Program-made: the position numbers and the translations under genes
Notes under the pieces: generated by a model
Database searches by the model: none
Seen by the model: only the letters and a program-made list of their open reading frames with translations
What the model was told of the DNA's origin: nothing
Source of the DNA: Octopus bimaculoides
Taxonomy: Eukaryota
NCBI RefSeq assembly: GCF_001194135.2
Contig: NC_068982.1
Location: 118,642,959 to 118,705,033, forward strand
Length of the DNA stretch: 62,075 nt
Direction: 5' to 3'
Shown: one piece after another, positions 11,907 to 24,665 of the stretch
Layout: each line of letters starts with the position of its first letter
Position numbering within the stretch: the stretch's first letter is position 1

Positions 11907-14900
11907 GATTCAATTTCAGCTCAAGCCTGCAATGTTAGTATGATAAACAAAAGTAAAATGCAAAAGAAATTGTACTTGTTTCTATTTTCTGGTGAAGTCT
12001 AAAACCAGCAACATTTCAATTATATTAGCCGCAACAACATTTTGCTTACAAAATTAAATTTGGAAAATATGATGCCGAATATCTTCAGAATAAAACTTAT
12101 TGGATTAGGGACGGCTGCGATGCATTTTCCTGTTTTCTCATGAATGATGTGTTGACAATCAACAACAAAAAATTGCAACATAAATAAGCTATAGTGATAT
12201 TCAATAAAAAAAAATGCCTAAAAAGTAACAATAATATCCACCGTAAAATAATTGCTAATTAATCGTGTAAATTTCTACTATTTTTAATAACGATCTTTTG
12301 TATCAAAACCTACCATAATTAGAACCGTAATAACCAGGCAAACTGTCTTATGCATTAGCATGTACAACAAAATGATTTGCCAAATCCCCATTAAGAGTAG
12401 AATGACCGGAGTTTTAAAATTGTTCCAATTCTGTGGCATTCTTAACACGGACGACTTACATAGGACTCTGTTGTAATCTTAATACAGCGAGTTAATAATG
12501 TAGACATTGCTTCATGTAAGTGGGTTCTTAGTAATTTGCCTTGCTCCCTAGATAATAAGTGTGTGGTAAAATTATTCACCCTCAAAGTAAAAGCATAAGG
12601 AGAAATAACGTAAAGCTTATATTGGAGCTAATTAATTCGCATGCAAGAACTCCATTTTATATGCACACAATTTCATTTCCCAATCCACCCGAGAAATATA
12701 CAAAAGGTTGTTTAGTATTTTTAGTCTTCTCACTAATTTTGATAATGTACTTTCACATTCATTCCATTTCATGAAATTTATACACGTAAATGGAATGGAG
12801 ATGAGTCGAATAACACTTGTTCCTCTCTTTGTGAAATGTGTTCCTATGCTAATCATAGCACATGTGAGTCTTCAGCGATATACAAATGTTCATAACTTCA
12901 ATAACATTTACATGCCTGCAATTGACTTTTGAACATCAAATAATGGACTTTTTTCTCACATAAATACACATTTTTATTTTCAAAATGGTGTAATAATTGT
13001 AATTTCTCTTTGTGATATCCATTACTTTTACCATTATAGTTTTTCAGTTTCCTACGTCGTTTTTGTGAATTAGAAACACGTTTATCCTTAGTAGATGCAT
13101 GGTAACTTTAACGACGTGGGTGGGTCGACCATAGAGTACTATGATATCTAATATAATTCAGTTAAAATAGGAAAAGAATTCCCTCCAAACCATTTTAAAT
13201 ATAAGGAACGTGTGTATAATATAGCTATAAATTCACTGTATGTGAATAGAACAAGATTAATATGTCTGCCACGCCTTGGGTCAAATTGATGATTTATAAA
13301 GACTAACATGGGGCAAAGGTATCCATATTGGCACGTAAAATAACAGTAGATGTAATAGTAGTGGCTGCTATTATAAACAGTAATAACAATTATTACATCT
13401 CGAGAAAATAAAATCACATAAATGATCCATGTTATAACTAGCATTCATTAATTGATATTCAAACCAGTGGAAATTAGGTTCTGAATAAAGGGCTGGAAAA
13501 AATAACATCATGGCCAATATTATTTAAAGTACTACATCATCGGGGAAGAAATCTCATTAAATTTAAACTCAACAAAGGACATTAACAGAAGCAATTAAAA
13601 TAAGAACAATAGGCACAATGTAATTAAATATTAAGCCGTCAATATCAGCACTTATGAAATGCAAAAAAGAAACAAAAATAGTAATTATAAAAATGCGGAA
13701 TATGCGCATATTCACACTGACTATATTAAATATAGTTTCATATATTATTTGCGATTTGTGACGCAAATGGAATATTAATTATAGACAGACAACACTTGAT
13801 ATTCAGTATATAATAGCTATGTATGCCAGAGACATGCATGTGTTGTAATCATTTTACAAACCCAGACTCTGCAATATTATTGTCCCTCTTGTTTAGGCCC
13901 ACGTCAGTAAAAATAAAATCAAGAACGTTCGAGCAGTGACAGGCTCGTCTTTTCAGTCTTAGTATTGATATTACTATCGAAAATAATATTAATAAATGAA
14001 AAACAATAGATTTTAATTTAAGAGATATTTGACACTATTTTCAGTTGGTTGAGCGCATGTGTAGAAGTATTGGTTCCAATTTGCGCGATATTAATTTCGA
14101 CTGTTAGTTGACACATTATAGTTCCTTTTTACTGATATCATCTGATTACCACTTTGGTAAATAATTTTTCTGTGAAATGAAATCAAATAAGCTATCTTAT
14201 TTTGCATTCAAATTATGAATATATTCTGTCATCAAATTACCCTTTAATACATGGAGAGATGTTTTCCATACAGTGTGTAAAAACGATTATTAATTTGCGA
14301 ATTGTTTCATTTAAATCATAGCCACTAAATATAGTAATCAATATTTGTACGTTTGACACAAATCTATTATCGTAAGGGTATCAAATTAATAATTTTCCTA
14401 TTGTAGAAATATATATTAGATAAAACTTATATAGTAATATCTAGTTATTGCGATTTACCTCTTAAGGGAAAGTAGGCGGTGTTCAGAGGAATATTTAGCC
14501 TGATATATTTAACAGATGGGAGACCAAACGGCTTATAATTTACTATGAATTTATTTCAAAAGTACAGAAATAACTTCTAATTTCCAAACCGAAAACAAAG
14601 CTGTGATATTGTAGCATGTCCAAATGATAATTGAAACGGTATTGAAGCATAAACCAACGCTAACCTACGTTTAAGCAATTGATATTTCGTTACACAATTA
14701 GCAAGTAATATATATATGTATATATATATATATATATNNNNNNNNNNNNNNNNNNNNNNNNNNNNNNNNNNNNNNNNNNNNNNNNNNNNNNNNNNNNNNN
14801 NNNNNNNNATATATACAAATTTACATGTGAAACATTATCGATTATTTGTGAAAATATCACATCACAACCCTTCTATGGAGATAAGAATCCAAATCTTCAT

Positions 14901-15976
14901 GGAGACGATAGTATATAATTTGTTGCTCAGGTTACCCATATCGCAGGTTTTGATAAGAAGTAGTTTTGATATACTGTATGTCGTAGTAAGAAATATAATA
15001 AAAAATTTAACCATCTCTATTACAAAGTCGTATAGATATGGGGAACATTTTACATAATGGAGAATCTCTAGTCTTCTATTCAATGAGTTATGAATAGTTT
15101 TGCGTGTTACTGGTTTCAGCAATGTATCAGAGGAAAAACCACTATGGTTTCACACAAAACCGACGACAAAACCTATACATTTGTAAAAATTCTTCTTCAC
15201 ATTCAATGAAAACGTTGAAAATATTTATGGGAAATAAAAATGCTGAAACGTGAAATACATTGAGGTACATTCGATAGCAAAAAGAAACATAACAAGAGAA
15301 GAACGTTACGCTAGAAAATTGGAATATATAAACTACACACATGAAATAGGAACTTGAAAGTTAAAGCAATAATATAGATTTTTCGACAGTCTTACGTTAT
15401 ATACATATACATATCCACCGAAATTTGAGGATGAAGTAATATGCAAACATACAAGCACACAAAAATGCACACTCATTGGCAAGCCCATAAGTATATTCAG
15501 GTTGTGAGTGTCCGTATANNNNNNNNNNNNNNNNNNNNNNNNNNNNNNNNNNNNNNNNNNNNNNNNNNNNNNNNNNNNNNNNNNNNNNNNNNNNNNNNNN
15601 NNNNNNNNNNNNNNNNNNNNNNNNNNNNNNNNNNNNNNNNNNNNNNNNNNNNNNNNNNNNNNNNNNNNNNNNNNNNNNNNNNNNNNNNNNNNNNNNNNNN
15701 NNNNNNNNNNNNNNNNNNNNNNNNNNNNNNNNNNNNNNNNNNNNNNNNNNNNNNNNNNNNNNNNNNNNNNNNNNNNNNNNNNNNNNNNNNNNNNNNNNNN
15801 NNNNNNNNNNNNNNNNNNNNNNNNNNNNNNNNNNNNNNNNNNNNNNNNNNNNNNNNNNNNNNNNNNNNNNNNNNNNNNNNNNNNNNNNNNNNNNNNNNNN
15901 NNNNNNNNNNNNNNNNNNNNNNNNNNNNNNNNNNNNNNNNNNNNNNNNNNNNNNNNNNNNNNNNNNNNNNNNNNNN

Positions 15977-16040
<64 letters not shown>

Positions 16041-16041
16041 G

Positions 16042-16084
<43 letters not shown>

Positions 16085-16786
16085 TTGTGTGTTTGTGTGT
16101 GTGCGTTTGTGTGTGTATGTGTTTGTGTGTGTGTGTGTGTGCACAGACACACAACTATATTGTGAAATGATGTGTATCAGAAAAATAGAAAACTTAATAA
16201 AAAGTTCAGTTAGGAGATTCAGCAGCAGCATTAAGTTTTTGAACAAGTTTAGCAATACTACTTAACTTGAACGAATACTGTTATTTCTCTATCCAAAATA
16301 AACTGTATATCACCGTTCCAAATACTTTTTTCGGTTGTTTAATTTCATTTAGATCGGATACATGAAAGACTATCCAGCTGTGGAAATCACAGAACATGTT
16401 TCACTTCCTAACGATTACTGCAATATTTAAGTAACAAATTTTAATATGACGGAAATTTGTTTGCCTGTGACCAGATACTCTCGTGGGGCCTCTGTTATTG
16501 CCCAGTAAGGAGAAGTTGCTATTTATTTATCTACTTTTTAAACATTGACATATTAAGAGTCAGATAAGATCCAGATTAAATCTAAAGGAGGCATCGAATT
16601 TATCCCGGATAAGCCGTCTTATTTACAGTAGGAGGTTTGTTTAAAGTAATTTATAAATAAAATACGGAAAAATTCGACGCATAGATCTTGTAAGACATTA
16701 TAGCATTCTATGAAGACCGTATTACTGAAACACAGTTGAATGAAATCTGAATTAATATTTATGGTGGGTATACACACATGCATGTG

Positions 16787-16824
<38 letters not shown>

Positions 16825-16828
<4 letters not shown>

Positions 16829-16990
16829 GAAAAAACAGCCGAAATTGCAAGGATAATCTGGATTTCGACTGAAGAGAGAAACGCTGAATGACCTGTCCGT
16901 GTTTTCTTTGTATCGTCTATCTGTATGTTTGTGCCTTTCGTGTATCACCTAACTGTCTGGATGTTTTGCGTCCTTGTCCCATTTTGTATC
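16825..16990 (+). mobile_element. Penelope-like element terminal fragment with a collapsed hammerhead-like motif
   Basis: CTGAAGA-ga-GAAAC at about 16869-83 (stem II lost), then ctgtctggatgttttgcgtccttgtcccattttgta and (TA)n. Confidence 0.35.
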
Positions 16991-17051
<61 letters not shown>

Positions 17052-17634
17052 AACATTCAAACATTCATGATGGGCTTCCGACAGGTTCCGTCGAACAAAT
17101 TTACACACAATACATCAATCAGTTCGAAGATATGTCAGAAGACAATGTGCATCTGCAAGTTACCGTCTTCCTCATCCACTCATAAGATATACGTTATCCT
17201 ATGAAAAGTAAACAGACACAAATCCCACGTGTCTCGGAGACCATGAGAAAGGTCAACAGCGAGTGACTTACTCATATCATGAATTCTTTAAAAAATTATA
17301 TATTCCTCTCAATATATTTAATTCATGATGTTGTAAGACCAATAACTTTACCCTGCATTTAGTGCATATTATCCATTTTTTCTTGAATTCTATCGAGCAA
17401 TTAGTACGCATCGAATCTGTCTGATTTTCTAGAGTGCTCGCTTATCTTCCGCTTGATATTAGAAAATGAGTCACTCCCAACCTATATGTGATGTGGTTTG
17501 ATTGCAAAGAACAAAGTGTCTACTTTTTGCAGATACTTTCCTGATAGGAATATTGCTGCCGATAATGCTTCCCTGGATGATCTTGACGTTGACAATCGAA
17601 TTCGTAATTACGATGGATGAGATGGTTGAGAGGG

Positions 17635-17689
<55 letters not shown>

Positions 17690-19362
17690 GAGACTGGCAG
17701 ATAAAGAGACAGAGAGAGGGATAGAAAGACTGCGATTGAGAATTAAATAGAGGGGGAAAAGCAGAGGAGGAAAAAAAAAGTAATTGGTAGTGATCAGTTC
17801 TAAACGATGAGAATATTAGCAGTATAAGTGAATCCGGTGCAGAGTGTCAACTGGCAGTGAAATATCCCCATGTGCTATTGCTCCCATCTCCGTTCTTTTT
17901 GTTAATAGCTTTCAATGATCAGTTTTGACGTATAGAGAGATCGATCAAAGTTTGGTTCCGTTACGACTTGGCATTCTCCCAGCAAGTTGCCACTGCCCAT
18001 TATATTTGTGTTCTGTTACAACTTCATACAATTGCCACATAACGTCAGTGAAGAAGTTTTCATGAAAAATAAAACAGTGAAATGATTGATCTGTTGCAAT
18101 TTCATGACCAAATGGAATAGCAAGTATTCATTGGCCAACATAATAGTGTAAGAGGGAACATTCTTTCCCATAACCTTGCGTTTGTCTTTGCGTTTCCTTT
18201 ATTTTAATATATTGTAGTTGTGCGAAGTGATGTATATTTGATTGTATGAGGAACATGAAACAAAAGTGTAAACACACACACAAACGTATATACTTCCTCG
18301 AACATGCAAAGGTATATACTTCTTGAGTTTGTGTGTATTGCTTTTAAGAGAGACACATTCTAGCTTTACTACGTAATACACGACAAATGACGAGAACATT
18401 TAGACATGTGGAAAACGAGATAAGAATTCTTTGAGAAAGTGAACTAGAATAAATTTATGTTAGTGTAGGAAAGGAAACCATCTATTCCACTATGGCGAAA
18501 ATTAAAAAAATGAAAATGTGGATATTTTCATTAAAATGCGTTTATGTGTGTACACGTGAGTGAGTATGTGTGATGTGCATGTTCCTGTGAGGGTTTACTA
18601 CTCTTAACCACATAGCAGTATAGTCATATTCATCATCACGCCCGGCTCCATTTTACATTATCTCCGCAAAATAATAAAAAAAGGACAACGTGAACTTCGA
18701 CCGATATATATTGAAATGTCTTCAAGGGATATCACATAAGCCAACAACAACAGCCAACACTGCTAACAACAACAGCAACTGCGTTCTTTGCATGTGTCAT
18801 GGTTTGCTAAAACTAATGTATTAGAGATATCCGGAGGTAATGATGGCTGAAACATATCAAAGTTTATATACATATACACGCCCTGGTCATCACTGACTAT
18901 TAAGAACATTGACCCCTGAGACAATTTTTTTCTTTATACATATAACTGTGACTAATGAGCTAGTGACAGGTGAGAGCAACCCTTCACAAACATACGCGGC
19001 AGCAGATATTACTGACCAAATTTCCATCAATCAATACACCAGCTGTGAGTTTTCGAGCAAAGCGATTAAATTCGGCATGAAAAATGAATTATTTATTTTC
19101 AGAAAACATCCACTCCTTGTTCACTTTTTTGCCTACATTTGTGGCAATGATAAACATTGCTTTCTTAACTGATGTTCCCTATTTCACATACTTTCAACGA
19201 GGACGTTATACTATCTACAAATCGTAGCACTGGTTTCTATTGGGGAGTGTTTACCACGAACACGTTGGCCATATAGCATCTGTTTAGAGCCTCTTTCATA
19301 TATGTCAATCTACCTATCTCCCTCTCGCTCCATCTCTCTATCTATCTCTCTCTCTCTCTATC

Positions 19363-19397
<35 letters not shown>

Positions 19398-19844
19398 NNN
19401 NNNNNNNNNNNNNNNNNNNNNNNNNNNNNNNNNNNNNNNNNNNNNNNNNNNNNNNNNNNNNNNNNNNNNNNNNNNNNNNNNNNNNNNNNNNNNNNNNNNN
19501 NNNNNNNNNNNNNNNNNNNNNNNNNNNNNNNNNNNNNNNNNNNNNNNNNNNNNNNNNNNNNNNNNNNNNNNNNNNNNNNNNNNNNNNNNNNNNNNNNNNN
19601 NNNNNNNNNNNNNNNNNNNNNNNNNNNNNNNNNNNNNNNNNNNNNNNNNNNNNNNNNNNNNNNNNNNNNNNNNNNNNNNNNNNNNNNNNNNNNNNNNNNN
19701 NNNNNNNNNNNNNNNNNNNNNNNNNNNNNNNNNNNNNNNNNNNNNNNNNNNNNNNNNNNNNNNNNNNNNNNNNNNNNNNNNNNNNNNNNNNNNNNNNNNN
19801 NNNNNNNNNNNNNNNNNNNNNNNNNNNNNNNNTATATATATTCA

Positions 19845-20265
19845 TAGTTGCCCTGGGCCGGCCACGTTGTCTGAATGAATAACCACCGTAGCTCCAGACA
19901 ACTGATATATGGTGAGCTGAAGGAAGGCATAAGGCCACACAGAAGACGCAAGATGAGGTATCAAGACACAATAAAAGCAAGGTAAAGTGTTGTGGGATAC
20001 ATCCTCGCAAACTCGCGACCGCAGACGCAAACAGGGCTACCTGGAGATGAACCATTTACACTGATGTTGCTGCTTTTGAAGAGAATAGACTTCAACGTCT
20101 CGTATCCGCAAGAGAAAGCTGTCATCGGGCTATGTCATCCTCTCTCCCGATCACAGACTACTAGTGTCCAGCCTGCGGGCGCCTATCTGCTTCTGGCTTT
20201 GGGCTGCAGAGACACATACGTCCACAGCGCTGATTACTGAGACCACAGACTACGTCTCCATATGT
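19845..20265 (+). mobile_element. RTE-clade LINE 3' end
   Basis: LPWAGHVV*MNNHRSSRQLIYGELKEGIRPHRRRKMRYQDT...RATWR...AFEENRLQRL...CPACGRLSASGFGLQRHIR (C2H2-like). Confidence 0.85.
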
Positions 20266-20359
20266 GTGGGTGTGTTTGCGTGTGTGTCCGTTTGCGTGTA
20301 TGAGTATATAACAGTGTTGAGCAGACCATCATATGCAGTTATAAACTGCTAATTACAGG

Positions 20360-20710
20360 GCGTTTCCGATTCTGCCTTTGCCGCATTCATTTCCTTCTTG
20401 ACCCAAATTCCACAGCTAAACCGCCTATCATCAAGGACGCCTTCAAGGTGGCCTTTTCTGATCTCTTTGACACCAGTGTGTGAAACTTGTCACATGTCTG
20501 GCCGAACGAAGCTTATGCTTTCGTTAGTATGCGATCATATTATTCACTCATCTCCGTTCTCGGATTATCTCATCTCCAGTATCCACTTGTAATGATGTTC
20601 ACAGCATGGATATTTCCATTTGCTTTTGCTTCGTATCCATTCCTCCTCGTAGTAGTTCACGTCTAAGTTTTGTCTTAGAGCGGAAGTAAGAAAAACTATT
20701 TCTGCAGCAA
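20360..20710 (-). mobile_element. RTE-like LINE remnant (second subfamily)
   Basis: RKHKLRSARHVT (cf. KLRWAGHVAR) and HWCQRDQKRP (cf. WxPRxxKRP). Confidence 0.5.
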
Positions 20711-20854
20711 GAGCTGCTTCCGCGTTCGAGGAAACATGAATTCGTTAAATAATATTGTACATACATGTATGTACGTATGTATGTATGCGCATGCATGTAT
20801 GCATGTATGCATGTATGTATATATATATGTATCTTTGTATGTAATGTATGTATA

Positions 20855-21262
20855 GCATTATTCCGTTTTATTTCAAAATTTCTTGTCAAGAGTGCAAGAA
20901 CCGTTTTCTAACCTGGATTCCAGGAATTCATTGGAATTTCAACAATATGAACAGGATATTTTTGTATGTCTGTACGTATGTATACGTGCAAATTTATAGG
21001 TTTTATTTTATGTATGTCTTCTCATGCATATACTTGCATATATAGACATACTAATATATAATTAAATTATAAACTTCTTCAAAGTTTTACACATATTTTA
21101 CAGTTCCAGTGATGACTTTGCTCTGTAGTCTTCGAATAAGCTTTTTCCTTTCTGGTTTTTAGAAGCCCAATTTCTCAACATTGGTATTTAGACGGTGTGT
21201 TACATATCCTAGTGCCCCGATAATTATAGGCATAAACCTAAACATGTAATCTTGATAGGCTA
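20855..21262 (-). mobile_element. 3' end of an RLE-type non-LTR retrotransposon, copy 2, embedded in a (TGTA)n array
   Basis: YQDYMFRFMPIIIGALGYVTHRLNTNVEKLGF*KPERKKLIRRLQSKVITGTVK, plus a 3'UTR matching 2733-2960; TGTA/TGCA arrays on both flanks. Confidence 0.75.
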
Positions 21263-21281
21263 ATGTATGCACGTGCGTATG

Positions 21282-21312
<31 letters not shown>

Positions 21313-23201
21313 GCATGTGTGTATGCATGTATGTATGCATGCATTTATGCAAGTATGTATGCATGTATGTATGCATGTTTGTACGTATCTACATGTGTGT
21401 GTGTGTCTCTGCGCGTGTACTAACATGTTTATATGTATACAAACACACACAACAAGCTTTCTTGTTCCAAATGCATTTGTTAGACATTGTTTGGTGCGAA
21501 ATATGAGCGACACTAGTTTCCAGATTGTAAAAATTACCATGGAACAATTACATCTGATGTGTGCATCATAAACTTGAGCATACGTGTTCTGTATTCTTTC
21601 GTTTTCTCTTTCTCACTCTGTCTTTCCGTCTTTAGCATTTCTATCCTCCCTCTCATGCTTTCTTCCTCTCTCCTCCTCTCTCTTCCTCTCCCTCCCCCTC
21701 TCTCTCTCCCTCTCTCCCTCTCTCTCTCTTTCGTTCTCTCTCTCCTTCTCCTACTTGTATTTTTATTCTGAATTATCTTTCAGGAGAGTTTCTGCTTATA
21801 TATTATTGCGAATGAGAGGAGAATGGAAAGAAAGAGATTGCAGAATAATTGCCTCTACATAACTGCATAACGGCTTCCACCAGGAAGGATGTATGCATTC
21901 AATGAGAATTTCCTGTCGTTAGTCATATATTAGAAGTCACCAACCGATAGTTAAGAACTGAAAAGTTATTTCCGATCCCTAAATCTTTATAATGTTTTGG
22001 TTTCACAGGAAATGCTATAACTCAGAATACAGGAAATATAACCCCTTGATGATGACACTTTTATTTATAATACAATAGACTAAAATTATCTTTTTTCACG
22101 TGATCTGCAAGATTACGAAAGGGGGGAAAACATGATTCCTGTTAAAAAGGATCATATCTTAGTTATAATATTTGTCATATGAGTGTACAAATCATATTTT
22201 AGTATCACTTCTAATAATGTTCGCACATATTTATACAAAATTATCACGTGTACTCAAACACACAAAAGAAAGTCATTATCTCGAAATATCAGTAAAGAAT
22301 ACTAGACGGCAGAAGTGATTATATTTCATGTCAATATCCGGGACGATGTACACATACCACGAGCTATGATAGCTTTCTTCTTTATTTTCTGTCTATATGC
22401 TGTACTACCTACTGTTATTAACCACAAATATCCGACATGGAAGAACGCTTCCAGTCTGTTAAGGTTTTAGATGCATTTGTAAAGGTTTTCTTTTATTTAT
22501 TTAATGATATATTTGGTTACTTATGAATCATTGTCAAAGATCAATTGGGTGCAATGTAGTGTGAGTCAATATTACTAATGTATTGATGGTTTTCATTTAG
22601 AGCAGAGGTATCTGATACACTATTTAGGTTTTTTGTTTGTGTATGTTTTAGTGTGTTTATTGTCAGTATGGAATTAGTAGTAATGCAAATAGCTTCAGAT
22701 CAAAAGAGAGACGATGGGTCATGACAAAATATTTTTCTTTACCCAAAATTATAGAGGGAACATAGTTGACTGAAATACCAAATAATAAAGTTACTGATTT
22801 AAATCGGTAATCTTCACAAGAGTTTCGAGAAATCGCAAACCTAATTTGTTCGGGATTGCACAGATAAATATTGTGTAAGTTAATCTTATTTCTCTTTCTG
22901 TGTAATTTGTTTAGATACTCCTAAATGAAATGAACATCTATTTCCGTTCGAAGCTTTCATAAATTTATTTACTTTCCACTGCATTCTCTTCTATAGAACT
23001 AGAATTAAAACTATTCTATTGAAACATTCGCAGATGTATGACTTGAAAGCTGTCTTGAAGGGGAGTTAAATATATTATGCGAGATAATGATGGAGTAGGA
23101 AAAGGATGAATTCTTGTCGAGTCACTAATATTGTGATAATAGTTTTGCTTTTGCTTGACAGACGATTTATTTCCAAACTGACGCATAACTTTCCTCTGAT
23201 C

Positions 23202-23202
<1 letters not shown>

Positions 23203-23234
<32 letters not shown>

Positions 23235-23307
23235 AATCTATCTATCTAGCTAGCTAGAGAGCTAGCTAGCTATCTATCTATCTATCAATTCATCTATCTA
23301 TTAATCA

Positions 23308-23397
<90 letters not shown>

Positions 23398-23411
23398 ATG
23401 TGTGTGTGTGC

Positions 23412-23445
<34 letters not shown>
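23203..23445. repeat. Compound microsatellite (TCTA)n-(CT)n-(TA)n-(TG)n
   Basis: Directly visible; lies just upstream of the candidate leader and first exon. Confidence 0.95.
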
Positions 23446-23449
<4 letters not shown>

Positions 23450-23676
23450 GAAATGGACAGCTGGTAACCATATAGGCATTTTGACAGCGAGGCAGCTACT
23501 CGAATAGTTGTCAAATATCTAAGACACCTTAACATATAAGCTTATATCATCCACGAATCGTTTGTCCTGGGACAGATCTCAGGAGGACACAAGCGATTTT
23601 ATCAAAATCTGACGAGCAAGCATAAGCAATTGTCATCCACACAAGATTAGTGCTCGTGAGCCAACCATATTGAATT

Positions 23677-23742
23677 ATGGCTAGTCCGCGCATTTGTTTC
23701 GTTCCCGGGAGATCTCTTTCACCGAGTGGAAGCTACAAGTGA
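23677..23742 (+). promoter_or_regulatory. Candidate upstream ORF 1 (21 aa)
   Basis: ATG at 23677 to TGA at 23740-42: MASPRICFVPGRSLSPSGSYK. Relevant only if this region is a 5' leader. Confidence 0.3.
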
Positions 23743-23754
23743 CCGGAAACAACA

Positions 23755-23886
23755 ATGATGCTTAAACCCATCTCTCCATCTGCCTTCCTTAATGACGAGC
23801 AGAATTATTATGAGATGTGCTTCCAAAACCTTCGTGGTATTTTGTTCCTTAATGTTCGGATCAGTCTTAGTCGTCGTCGTCATTAG
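23755..23886 (+). promoter_or_regulatory. Candidate overlapping uORF 2 (43 aa)
   Basis: aacaATGATG start (A at -3); MMLKPISPSAFLNDEQNYYEMCFQNLRGILFLNVRISLSRRRH*. Overlaps the ATGs at 23792 and 23810 out of frame. Confidence 0.35.
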
Positions 23887-24077
23887 CTCCTCCACCCCCT
23901 CCTCATCCTCTCCACCTACTACTACTACTGGTGCTGCAGCTGCCTCTGCTGCTGCTACTGCTGCTACTACTACCACTACCATTTCTTCTCCTTCTGTTTC
24001 TTCTTCACATCCCACCTTCTTTTATCATCACCCCCGTTGCCATCTTCATCATGATGATGATGATGAATATCTTCATT
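23792..24077 (+). CDS. Candidate first coding exon: hydrophobic N-terminus, Ser/Thr/Ala-rich linker, His/Asp cluster
   Basis: ORF MTSRIIMRCASKTFVVFCSLMFGSVLVVVVISS...TTTTGAAAASAAATAATTTTT...HHPRCHLHHDDDDEYLH ends at a good donor catt|GTAAGG (24078, phase 1). A weaker phase-1 donor lies at 24117. It is preceded by non-repetitive leader-like sequence. Partly built of trinucleotide repeats, so it could be UTR. Confidence 0.5.
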
Positions 24078-24382
24078 GTAAGGAAATAATATTAAGGGCC
24101 AGTGGAGTGTGTAGGGGTACATTTTGCAAACATACTTTATAAATTTAAAACTTCATGTTTGTCAATCATTAATATTACTTTTTATCACTTCACTGATGCA
24201 AAAATTGTTTCTAGTATTATAGTCAAGGCTGTGCGGCTTTCCAATATACCTTCAGCAATTTACGCAACCAGACGTAATTAACCATTGTCTGAGACTGGTG
24301 TATATTCTGAAGCATTATTTCGCTTCGAAACACCTGTTTATCCTATATTCCTTAGTCTTGTGGAAAATATCCGATTTCTCTC

Positions 24383-24415
<33 letters not shown>

Positions 24416-24437
24416 TTGCCTCTCACNNNNNNNNNNC

Positions 24438-24470
<33 letters not shown>

Positions 24471-24600
24471 TTGCCTCTCACTCTGTCTTTCTCTCTCTCT
24501 CTCACTCTCTCACTATCACTCTCTCTCCCACCCTCTCCGCATGCTTATACATAGATACATATATAATATATATATATATATACACACCTATATAAATATG

Positions 24601-24665
<65 letters not shown>

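Noticed and set aside
17410-17600. Possible RTE fragment on the minus strand (LQKVDTLF)
   Set aside because: Only one marginal motif.
21784-21890. Exon-like segment after a CT-rich tract (tttcag|gag...gat|gtatgc)
   Set aside because: Could be a 5'UTR exon, but there is no coding or other support; microsatellite-made acceptors are common here (also at 22997, 53679 and 54350).
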